Shown one piece after another: positions 17,100 to 28,400 of a DNA stretch of 64,000 nucleotides; the stretch's first letter is position 1; the number at the start of each line of letters is the position of its first letter. A program made the position numbers and the translations under genes. The DNA lies in assembly GCA_965637545.1 (NCBI GenBank), contig OZ281497.1, positions 19,282,001 to 19,346,000 of the forward strand, written 5' to 3'. The notes under the pieces were generated by a model. The model ran no database searches and was not told where the DNA came from. It saw nothing but the letters and a program-made list of their open reading frames with translations. The DNA comes from Phallusia mammillata. Its lineage: Eukaryota.

Positions 17100-17825
17100 G
17101 GTGTTTTAGACTCCAATACTATGTTTAAAACGGTTGACACGACCGCCATTTTTCTGTTTCTTGAACATCGATAAACGAATCAAGGGATAACTTAGTGACT
17201 TAATATTTGCTTGATTACGCTGCATATATAGGTTTGCTCTTTACACTAAATAATCTTAATTGAAAATATTAACTTCCAAATGTAGAAATTCTTCGCTGCT
17301 TAGCAATTGTTCCACGGTCGAGTAACTAATCGGGTGAGGCCGACAATCGCACGGTTCGCCGAACACGCCCAGTTACGTAGGTTTTCGGTCTGATTATTTT
17401 CTATGATATCTATAGAGTACATACCAAATGACATTAAAAATAGCCAAGCTTCGCATTGCCAAATCCTAACCAAGTTATTAGAACAGTTAATGGTATTGCT
17501 TGCGTTTAGTAGTGTTTACATGTAATGTCTTCTTCTGGCAGCTTAGAAAAATCAAGCAAAAGTGTTCGATCCGGACCACGTGACAAGACAGCAGCATTCA
17601 CTGTTGCGTACTTTGTTATTTCGAAACAATGGAAAACTAGCTTGCTTAGTGTTAGGGTTTTTATATTACATTTCAATCGGCGCAGGATTATTTGTGTTTT
17701 TTTGCTATCGTTTTGTTCATTTAATCACCGTTAAATGTCATACTTAATGAAACAGATTTTTTCTACATAAGCAGCAGCAGTAGGTAAAAAGCAGTTCAAA
17801 AAAGTGCAACACACTTTTATTGCAG
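17100..17825. promoter_or_regulatory. Probable bidirectional promoter between RAP1 (-) and the DZF gene (+)
   Basis: Head-to-head gene arrangement; CpG-enriched patch at about 17310-17390; YY1-like AAAATGGCG on the minus strand at about 17145-17153. Confidence 0.4.
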
Positions 17826-17827
17826 AT

Positions 17828-20800
17828 ATGCTGCACCAAAGGCCGCGTTCTGCTAGACCTCGACCATACAGGAGTGGCAACAGGGGTAACAACATAAGGG
17901 GCAATAATCTATCAAAACCATGGGCCAATCAACAAGATTCACAGTATACAAGCATGGGACATAATAACCCTTGGGGTGATTCAACCAATACTCCCAGAAA
18001 TATTAGGCCCAGACCATTCAGGGGCACAGGCAATTTTCCCCAACGACCACAAGGTTTTCAAGGACCACAGAATTTTCCAAGACCACCAAGGTTTCATGGA
18101 CCTCCCAGTTTCCAAGGGCCCCAGAACTTTGAAGAACCTCCAAATTACCAAGAACCTCCACCTCCAATGCTTCAAGCACCTCGAGGTTTTCAAGGACCTC
18201 AAAGTTTCCAAGCACCTCCAATGTACCAAGAACCTGAATTGCCAGTCATACCACCATTTCCATTTGATGATGGTGCAAATTGGGAAAATGAGCCATTTGG
18301 CAATGATAGGAACCCTAACATGTTTCAAGAAATGGACCAAAATGATTGGAATAGTTATCCACAAGAACCAGCTGAGAATGATTGGAACAGTAATCCACAA
18401 CCACCACCTAAAGTTTTTCGGAAAAATACGGGTCATACAGCACAACAAAATTATGGGCCATCAATAGCAAGGGAAAGAAAAACCAGGATGCTTCCTAAAC
18501 GTGGGAGTATTGGTCCATTACGTGGTGCAGGAAGAAAGATGCTCCCAAAAAGTATTTTTTCTTATGGTAAACCATCTAGAATTGAACAGAATTTTTATGG
18601 GCATGAAGAAGAAGATTGGTTTAATGAAACTGCAGATGAATTCGGAGGCAATGATCGAAATTATTTTAATGAAGATTTCAATGACCGATCTCTTGAACGT
18701 GATGCCATCAATCATCGCTCTGCTGATTATGGTGGCAAGAAGTACGATCATAAATTTGCCAGTAATCGAGACAAAAACAAACCCCTCAAAAATCGCTTTA
18801 CAAATAAGCTCTCAAAACCAGCGGTGCAAAGCAAACCTCAAAACAAAACAACCAAAGCAAAGAAAGAACTAACTGAGGAGGAAAGAAAGTTGGACAAGGA
18901 GCTAAGTAGAATTAATGTTCAGCCCAAACAACGCCAGGCAATATCAAATGTAGTGCGGAAAGTCATGCAAGCTGTCCACCCTGTTTCAAATGCCCTTGCA
19001 AAGAATCATGCATTTGCAATCAATGCACATGGTACTAGCAATGCCAATGGTGACAAAAAAGACTTGGAGACAGAAAAGGATGATATTACCAAACCCTCCC
19101 CTGACACAAACCCCAGCAACAATAATGACATAACAATAATGGATGATGAAGATATGATTCTGTCATCTGACACTGAACCTGAAAATAAACTAATAAATGA
19201 CAATGCAGAAAAGAATGATGTCGCTGTTGTTGAATGTGCTGATACAAGTAATGCATCTGATCGAGGTACAGAAAAAGCGGTTGAAGCTGATTCAACTGTG
19301 ATGGAAACATCTGTTGCTGTAACAGATAAAGAAACTAATGGTGAAAGTAAAAATGATCCACAACCAAAATCGTCTGGTGGGAAAGCAGATGATTTGAAAG
19401 CAGACTCAGCAAAACCCACACCGGCAACAGAAATTGCTGAATCAAAGCCGGTCCAAGTCCTGTTGGGGGCCTTAGCTTGTGGTCATGCAGCAGATTATTT
19501 GTTGTTCGGAAATAGATTTGATTGTTTTATTATTATTGTGAGCAAAGTAAGTTGCCTTATCACTCAGATTTTCATTTTATACTTATACTTTATTTTACAA
19601 ACTAAACAGTTTACTAAACAGTACTATCTTACAAACCAAATTTACTCACAAACAAATTTTACATGGTGACTGTTTGTAGAGTTTAATGTTCTCAACCACA
19701 AATTCGACCTTTTTGCCCATTCCTAATTCTTTCAATACTACACAACTCAAATATGTTTCATTTTTTAGAACAAACCAACTCAAGCTTTGCTCACTGAAAC
19801 ATATCAACTGTTGGTGAAACAATTTCAAAGTGACATCAGTCTGAAGAGTTATTATCTTGTCATGGACTTGAACGAGGAGACAATTACTGTTGATAACCAC
19901 AACATAAAAGGGCTACATCTTAAATTCAGGTGAATGTGTATACATTTTGTGTAGAGATCAACCTATACAAGTTTTGCAATTTTCAGCTGGCCCTACAACA
20001 GTAGGCTAACGGGGCAGGTTCTGGCTTATTTAGGCATAATGCTATATTTGTTCGTTTTTTTATCTTTAGCAAATCTATCTTGCAACAACTTTTTTAGAAG
20101 TTTTGTCTGTACGTTCTTGCCCTTTTTAGGTTTACATCACCGAAGTATTCAGACACTGGGAAATCTCTTGACATGGGGAATACAGTTCAAGAAGTTGAAC
20201 CTACATCCGATTCTAAGCTATTGGATCCTACAAAGTGCAAAGAAGCTCTTTCCATGATCAGAAGAATGCGGTGGTTTCTCAAACAAAGACAGGTCAGTAC
20301 TGGCAGTACAACCATGGTGTAAGGTAGCAATTGATTCTGTTTTGCTACTTGTTAACATGATTTTTTGCTAACTTGAGATATTTTTTAATTTAAAAAACAA
20401 GGAAGCCTCTACATGAGTAATGAATATTTCCAGCCAACACTTAGATCTGTGACAATATTGTAATATAAAACATGTTTATATTACAGGACCCATCATGTCA
20501 TGGAGATGTGTTGATATTAAGGCTTTTCATTATGTTAACCATGCAAGAAAAGTGGAAAAAGTTCTCACTTTGGCAAATGATGGTGTTAATTCCATGTGCA
20601 AGAAAGAGCATTGAGTTTCAGCTTGCTCACGGTGAAGACAAATATGCCTCCACCACTATTGAGCCAGAGTGGCTGTTCCGAAGATGCTTGGAAAGTAGGT
20701 CCTGTGTTAAAGTTGTCCAGATAATATAGTCTATCATACGAACTGACTGAAAACTTTGACAAGTCTGAAGTCATCCACTGTTTTTTTATGTTTAGATATA

Positions 20801-21155
20801 TATATATTTCACCTAAGTTATATGCATCATCAGTATTTTATTCAAATAGATTGCTTGCATGGTTACATCATATAAACTGCTTACATTTTGTGAAAACTTA
20901 TCTTTTAGTTCCTATCTAAACTTATTGGAAGCCACTATTATAACAAAGTATTTGTGTTTAGTTTTAAGTAGTGGTGCCCTGTATGAAACTTGGAAATGCA
21001 TCAAAGATCCTGTGGAAAAGGACATGTACATGGCGTCATGGCTAAGTGATCAAGATGCCGAAGACATTACTGTAGCAGCCATGGATACACTCCGCGAGCT
21101 GTCTATTAGTGGCTTGGACCATATTACAAAGTTAAAAAACGTTCCAGTCTCCTAG
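17828..21155 (+). CDS. Divergent DZF-domain protein (NF90/ILF3-STRBP-ZFR clade), about 814 aa; exons 17828-19546, 19769-19929, 20130-20292, 20487-20694, 20962-21155
   Basis: Spliced C-terminal half aligns by eye to DZF hallmarks: LLGALACGHAADYLLFG..FIIIVSKNKPT (cf. LKGVLRVGVLAKGLLLRG..LVLLCSEKPS), LLDPTKCKEALSMIRRMRWF (cf. LDRQKCLDALAALRHAKWF), RRCLEILSSG...KDPVEKD...AEDIT. Phases are consistent. Confidence 0.85.
18052..18215 (+). repeat. Coding imperfect repeats (F[QH]GP[QP][NS]F)
   Basis: FQGPQNF, FHGPPSF, FQGPQNF and FQGPQSF occur in the first exon of the DZF gene. Confidence 0.7.
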
Positions 21156-21970
21156 ATAAATTACAGTGAGAGAATAGCACCACTGATTCTCGACTGTACA
21201 AAGTCACCCAAACATGATCATTCAGTTTGCTGCAAACTGCTGTTTATTACTTTGATTGTGTGATAAGTTGAATGTTATGAAGTTGTGTGTAGAGTATCTT
21301 TTTACCTTTCAACAAACTTTTGTTTCTGAAAACCGTGGAAGGTAGTCATTTGCCAAACTCTTTCAATGGTCAACTTAACTTTACACTTCTGTAAATACAT
21401 GTAAACTTTGCTTAGTGTCCAAAACCTGACTAACTTGCACATTCTAATCTAAGTGTAACTACAAAGTTTAGCTCAGTGATTCTCAATTGGGTCAATGCCC
21501 CCTTCAGGAGGCCACTAGCCATGGCAGACCCACAACAAGAGACTTGTAAAAATTTCCACACACTGAAGTGTCAAAAAACAGCATTCTAGTGTTAAGCAAA
21601 CCTTTGGCCTTGTTTCTTAGTAATGCACAGAATTTGATGTATGCTGCCAATATCTTTTCCAAGTTAGTGTCATCCTGAAAGGCGGCTGTACATTCTTCAC
21701 CTACTTCAGTTGTCTATTTATATGACAATATTGAAACTGCGATGAGTATGGACACTTGTGTACCAAGCAGGGGGACATGAGTTTTCAGGTTTATTTGCAT
21801 CAAGCCAAAAACTATTTTAGGTTCAGAATCATTGGAACGACTTGGACTTGTTGATTTTGCTTTCTAAGTCTGGTTTGTTACATTTAAACCTTGTTAAATT
21901 TGCCTTTGTTTCATTCCAGTAAACAAAAATGATTGTGTTTTTCTTTTATTGGCAACAAGCAAACAAATGC

Positions 21971-23424
21971 TTATTCATTCTCCTCGCTGCGAAGCCTTGC
22001 ATTAGGGTTGGTAACGTAGATATTAAGTTCATTAGCACGCTGTACAATCACTTTTCGCTTTCTGCTGGACACACCATGTGCAATCTCTGCTGCGAATGTG
22101 CGATTCGACATCATTAAGACCTTTAAGAAGACACAGAATCATTAAGACCTTTTAAGAAAGCAAAGAATCATTTGATGCATTTACAGGCAAGAAATAGATA
22201 ATAGGTAGAGTGCTTAAATATTTTTTGGAGGAATTGTTTCTGTGCCATGGCAAGTTTTTGGGACTTTATTAAGCCCGTTGGCATTGTAACCATGCCCAGA
22301 CTGCTACAGAGAAAAAGTACAAATTACAGTCCATGGTACATTTAGAACATAGCCTTAATCACAAAAACTTACAAAATAGAAAATGTCAGTTCACAACACT
22401 ACAAAAATTGTTCCATTAAGAGCCACTGTTTTTTTCTGCAAGGGTTCAAAATATTTCATGATGATACCACTGAATTATATCATGCTGAAGAACAGCAAAT
22501 GCATTGACATAAAATTTAAAATGTGCTACTTGCCTCCAAATCCCTAATGTTGTGAACCAGGAGTTTTTTGAAGCCACGATGATCTCTCAAGCAGTGTCGA
22601 GTTTTCTTGTCACTTCCATAACCAATACTTGGCATCAAGTATTGGCCCTTGAACCTTCTTCGAACTCTGCTGTCAATACCTTTGGGTTTCCTCCAGTTGG
22701 TCTATCAATTTATTCAAATAAATTTTAATTTCAAAATTGTTTTATTTTAATTGTAGTACTTTACTACAAAATATATACATTAGGATGTTGTAAAAAAAGC
22801 AATAATGTTTTCATTATGTGTCCAGTTACAATTCATCAGTATATTTCCACAAATTTTTGAATATAGAAATCTAATATGTCCAAGTGCTTCAGCACAATTC
22901 TGGGTAGCCTTCTGTATATCTGTTGCAGATTTTTCAGAAAAAAAATCAGAAAAATCTATTAAGATGAGCCTATTTGCATGTAATCCATGAAATTGTTTAG
23001 CTCAAAGGTGTGCAACCTAGGGCAGATTAACTTAGGGTTTTGGCCTGCGCAGATGTCGGACATGCAGTGCTAGCAATGTATATGAATATTTTTTTGTTCC
23101 AGAGCAGATCATGCAACAACAATGTGGTTAAAATCACTAGAATCTTACTCGTAAATGTTACTCAGTATAACCATGTTTGTTATAAAAGTGTGGCCCATCG
23201 CTTAATGATGACAATTTTATTTGTTCCATCAGTAATATGTGTATGTTGCAGACCCCTGGTTAAGACAAAACAACAACAACAATAATCCAGGGGTGTAGTT
23301 CATTTCCATCCAAAATTCTAGATTTACTCACTGCAAGCTTCTTGTATCTGTCAGATTGATGACGGATAAATTTCTTCACCCGCTTCTTGACGATCTTCTT
23401 TCCATTAAGTGGACGAGGTGCCAT
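21971..23424 (-). CDS. RPL32: 60S ribosomal protein L32 (eL32), 136 aa; exons 23332-23424, 22534-22701, 21971-22120
   Basis: [27 protein letters not shown]...[29 protein letters not shown]...[13 protein letters not shown]...[13 protein letters not shown]. The intron after DLE uses a GC donor. Confidence 0.97.
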
Positions 23425-25420
23425 GTCTGAAAGTGTTTAAAAACATAATGTTAATGTATCTTGTAATTTGTTTTACAAATACGTAGAATTTGGGTAGGTT
23501 TTTGTTGCATAAACGTGCAAAAAGGTGTGCACTTGGTTTGTATAATGTCTAAGGTGCCTTGCAAACTCTTAAATGTAACATAACTCAGCAAAGAAATTGA
23601 GTTGAGTTTTTTTCGCTTTGGCGAACTTGTTAACAATTGTCACATACATCATGGATACGACACCTTTGTAAGTATGTATAATTTTTATGTATTACGTTCC
23701 AAATTTTTTGTCTTTAAGGTACACCAATGCAACCACAAGGCATTCAAATCATGCAATTTCAAAACACAAATACTTACTGCCTTTGCACGCTGGAGACCTC
23801 AGAGAAAAGAATTTTGGAACGGAGATTCGACATCTCGTTTCCATAACAGCGCCATCTAGAAAAAGATATTTTTTGCACTACTGGCGTAAATTTATGTTGA
23901 GCGCACATTTTGTTATCTTTTCATTTATGTTTGTAAAGTAAATATTTATTAAACATCAAAAACTAGTTTTCATTATTATTTTTGCATATAAAAGTAAATC
24001 GCAGTGTCAAATTTTATGACATTTTATGTCAGTATGCTTTCGTACCTTAACGTGATAATTTCATTGACTAGAGATGTCAGCACGAGGCTTGTTGAATCCA
24101 ATGAAACGTATTTGTGGTTAAAAAGGATAAAGCGGCGCAACGTCGAGCAAATGCTTATCTGATAGCTTACAAATAGCAGATAGTTACAGACGAAAAGAAA
24201 CCCAACATTTGTACAATTGGAAAAGTTCTATGATGAGGGTTTTGCATTTGGACCAACCACTCATATAGTATTCACGCTATAAACAAAAAAACATGCTTGC
24301 TTCATGAAATATTCAAGAACTTGCGTCTAAATCGGCGAAGTCTAGAAAGAGTAATATTTCTGGCTTCAACAAAAGCGTTCATTGTTAGTGTAGATTTGAC
24401 TTAAAAGAAACCAACAGCCATTTGGGGAGCTTGTGTTTGTTGTGCAGGCACACACACACAAAATTATCAATGCTTATTAAATAGAAGAGGTATGACTTGC
24501 AAGTGCCTAAAGCTATAGCTGTAGCAATAGCAACTAGGCCGTCAACAGCCAAGCAAATCACCCCAATTACTAAACATTGCACTGCTGGTTTGATGCAGCC
24601 ATAGTAGACATCTAGCTTAATTCGTATATTGATCGGAGAATAGTCCACAAAATTGCGCTCTTAGCAGACGTGCATTACTGTTATCGATCATTTCGAATTG
24701 AATAGAGGTGCAGATACGAATAGAAGATTGCCTGGTAAGACGCTTGTTTGCCGAACAACAGCAAAACGAATTGCAATAGTAAATGAGAAGAACAGTTTTA
24801 TTTGGACCGGGAGCTAGGGGTGTAGTTTTCATCGCAAAGGTTCATTTGTTCGTTGATATTGATGTATGTTTGAATGAAGTGCATCTGGCAAGTGCTAGCA
24901 ACAAAACATTATGTATCCATTTTCGTTTGAAAGTGATTGCAAATCTGGCACGCTGTAATAAAAGCGGATGCTAGGCCATTGACTTTGCTGAGTGGGATCC
25001 ATAAAACGAATCGATTTCACAATCAATATCAGGCTTAGTTACGATTTTTTTCGATACACGGTCCGATGACTATTAATTAATGTGTCTATTTGCCAAGCGT
25101 ATAATCGCGAACGTTTCGGGTCTGCATGTAAAAGTGAATACGCCGCGACGGCCAATCGTCTGCATACGTCACAATAGAGATTAGTGCCAGATGTTTTCTG
25201 TATTGTTATGAGATCTGTTCTTTCAGCAGTAGCACAGTTAAGAATATGACTTGTAGTTTGAGTATCGTTTAACCTAAATTTATGTTTCATGTTATTGTAG
25301 CCTACGCAGTGCTGGTTAGGTTTTTAAACATACTGCTTGTTCTTGATTTATACTTGCCTATTTTGAAGGGATAAATTTGTAGGGTTTGGTCCTTAACGTG
25401 ATTAAGTCCTAAGTTCCAAA

Positions 25421-28400
25421 ATGACGTCGATGCAATCCGCAATGAACTATCTTAAGCGAAGGTTTTCCGACAATAATTTTAACGCAAACTTGCCAAACGG
25501 ATATATGGTGGATATGGAGGCAGAAGAGAGGAAAAATGATCAACACGGGAATCAACAGTCACAAGCTCAACCACAACAACCGCCTACACAACTACAGCAA
25601 CGAACCGCAGCAAATCCTAACCCTAATCAGGGAAGATTACAATCAGCTTCAGAGTCTTCAGGTGGGAATAATGACGTTATCGTTTGCAGGTGTACAGCGT
25701 TGTTTTGTGCAAATCACTAATTTTGGTCAATTTTTTAGTTAATCGCACGTTATATCATAAACACAATTAAACTACAGCTATTTGCTTCTCAGGTGGCAGT
25801 GGTTTTCTTGCGTCATTGACATCCGGAAACCCACTCTCGGTGCTAAAGTCGGACAGCAACGATAAATACAAGACGGTGCTAGTGATCGATGAGCACCATA
25901 CAGATTGGTAAGTGAATTAAAAATTATAACCCTAACATAAGCATCAGTTAAACTTTTCATTCGAAAAACATAATTTTATAGCTCTCCTTGCTTCAAAGTG
26001 ATCACTCTTTAGTAGGCATTTGTACGCTACATTATCCGTTGAGTTTTATATTATCTGGAAGCTGGAGCCAATCATGGATTACCCTGTGAAGGGATATAAA
26101 AAGATGCTAATGAAATTCTTTTTTAATGTGCTGCTTATTCATAAGCCATCGAAAGACAGATGCGTGTTTTTACCGTTACTGTGTTCATTTCAGGTCGAAG
26201 TACTTCAAAGGCAGAAAGATCCATAACGATTACAGCATCCGTATCGAGCAGGTAGCCTCAAACACTGCCGCATGTTCAGCCCTCTCTCGCTACCTGTCTT
26301 GTCTTGATCCCTAAGTTCGAGCATTGATTTCTTCCAGAAATTTCTATCTCAATTATTAATGGTTGGCCGCACTTTCATTCCAGCGTCCTTGGTTTGATAT
26401 TATGACCCCATACGTACGTAGTTGAGTCGTGGACGAAAACTTGAGTTTGTGCGACAGAAACAGAATAAATTATTAAAGGTTCCAAACCCGTGACGTGTAA
26501 ACAGATCTCTCATTAGGCCGGTGACCTGTCGCTTTGGATTTCCTTTGAGATGGCGGTTTGACAAGCTGTGAATGAGGTTGTCATGTGACTGTCACCAGTG
26601 AATCCGACACATTGAGTAATGTGAGAGCCTTGGGAGGGCAGGCACACATTTTTCCTTTTTCAAGAGATTTACAATCTGGTTATTATTGTTCGCCAAACTT
26701 TGACCTCATCGCCTTATTTCTGATATATGTGACACCTACTTATCTTAGTTTAGAATCTAAACTAAACTTTAGATGTAGCCTAAGTAATTTTAAGGTTTTA
26801 TGGGAGCTTGACTTGGCCTCGGTCCAAGCAACGGCGTGACACGAAAGTCATAGTTCGTAAAACCTAATTACAGAAAACAAACCCACCAGAAGATTAACTA
26901 GGGTTTGAAACGTTTTTTTCGCATTAACGGATTTGGCCTAATTCGTGTAACCTATACCAGCAATACTCAAACTTGACTGGAGCTCGCTGAAATAATGACT
27001 CCACTTTGAGAACCATGCGACCCCATCACTTTGATACTATTTTGACTCAAAGCTTGGTCTGTCTGCTCCCTAACTTTTATTTCAATATTTATCATTTGTT
27101 TTTATAACGTAAAAGAAACAACAATAATAATATCAATTTATATTTGCAGGCGGAGTTTAGCGAGATCAGTTTGACAAGTCACAGTATTGGTGGAGTAACA
27201 GTTGATATCAACTGTATGAGAAATGGAAATCGAATTATCAGGTAATCTTTTTCCGGCCAAACTGTTTTCCCCAAATGGCAAACAGTGCCACCCTCTACAA
27301 CTGATTGCCTTTAGTGTGCTACAAATGTGTTTCTTTAAAATTCCTTAATACATGCAACGGAAATTTTTTTGGCAGTTGGTGGTTATAAACACCTGTCATT
27401 GGTAATATAGCCCCATTATGCATGGTGCTTTAATGGATTTTGGCGCTTTGTCCCAATATGAATGTTGGCACCAAGTAACTTCTTAAATGGTTTAGGCCAC
27501 TTGGCATATACGCAGGATTTAAAACACCTAGTAAATTAACTGCATCATTTAAACTTCACAACATTGATACTGTTGGACAGTGTTTTTTTAAGGTGTTTTG
27601 GGGGACCGAAACGGTCCCTTAAAACTACTTAGCGGTCACCCAAACCAAACCTTAAAAAAAACCTGCTGTTGGATATTAAAAAAACAAAAGGGGTTCATCA
27701 GTTTTAAACTACCACCCAGAACCCCTGACAATATTGCTGTAAAACAAACAATTCACCATGTAACGTTTTTACATTCTACTTACATAACTAAAATTTTATT
27801 TTGGATTATTGTGTACGCTTTTGTTTTGGATAATATTTTTAGTGGTTGTACTATCGCAAGGTTTTCCTCATAACAAAAAGCTGGGTTGCAATTATCAATG
27901 GCTTGTACGTCATACAATCTTTCATGTCGCAATGATATTACATTTCACCTCAAACGGCAGCATATATAATATGAGATAATACAGCATCAGTTGTCGAAAA
28001 ATAGGCCATTCGTATTTCAATTTGATGCATTGAAATCACTGGCACTGTCTGCGGGCAGTGACAGATGCAGAGATCCGCGGCCCTCTCTTGCTTGGTGTGA
28101 AATATTCATGAAGTGCCAGGACCGGTGCTTTTTAACACAGGTCATTCAAGCCCGATTTCTTGCTCGTGCGGCAATCTCCTCGCTCTATGGCTGCTGGTGA
28201 GGATTTCCGCAACCTGATAATCGGACTAAAATACGGAGGAGTTCCCTCAGTCAATTCGCTTCATTCTTTGTACAACTTCATGGACAAACCTTGGACGGTA
28301 AGTATATCGAGTGAAAGCGGATTTCTCTTATGGAGCAAAAGCGTTTGAGCGGCGGATCTCACTAATTATTTCATCGATTGTTCTAACTAAGGCGAATCGA

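Noticed and set aside
16847-17149. 100-aa ORF starting ATGGCG, as a possible gene or RAP1 uORF
   Set aside because: No recognisable protein; AAAATGGCG fits a YY1-like promoter motif; the 5' UTR exon structure of RAP1 cannot be fixed from sequence alone.
17976-19419. Alternative-frame and antisense ORFs overlapping the DZF first exon
   Set aside because: Shadow ORFs of a repetitive, codon-biased coding exon.
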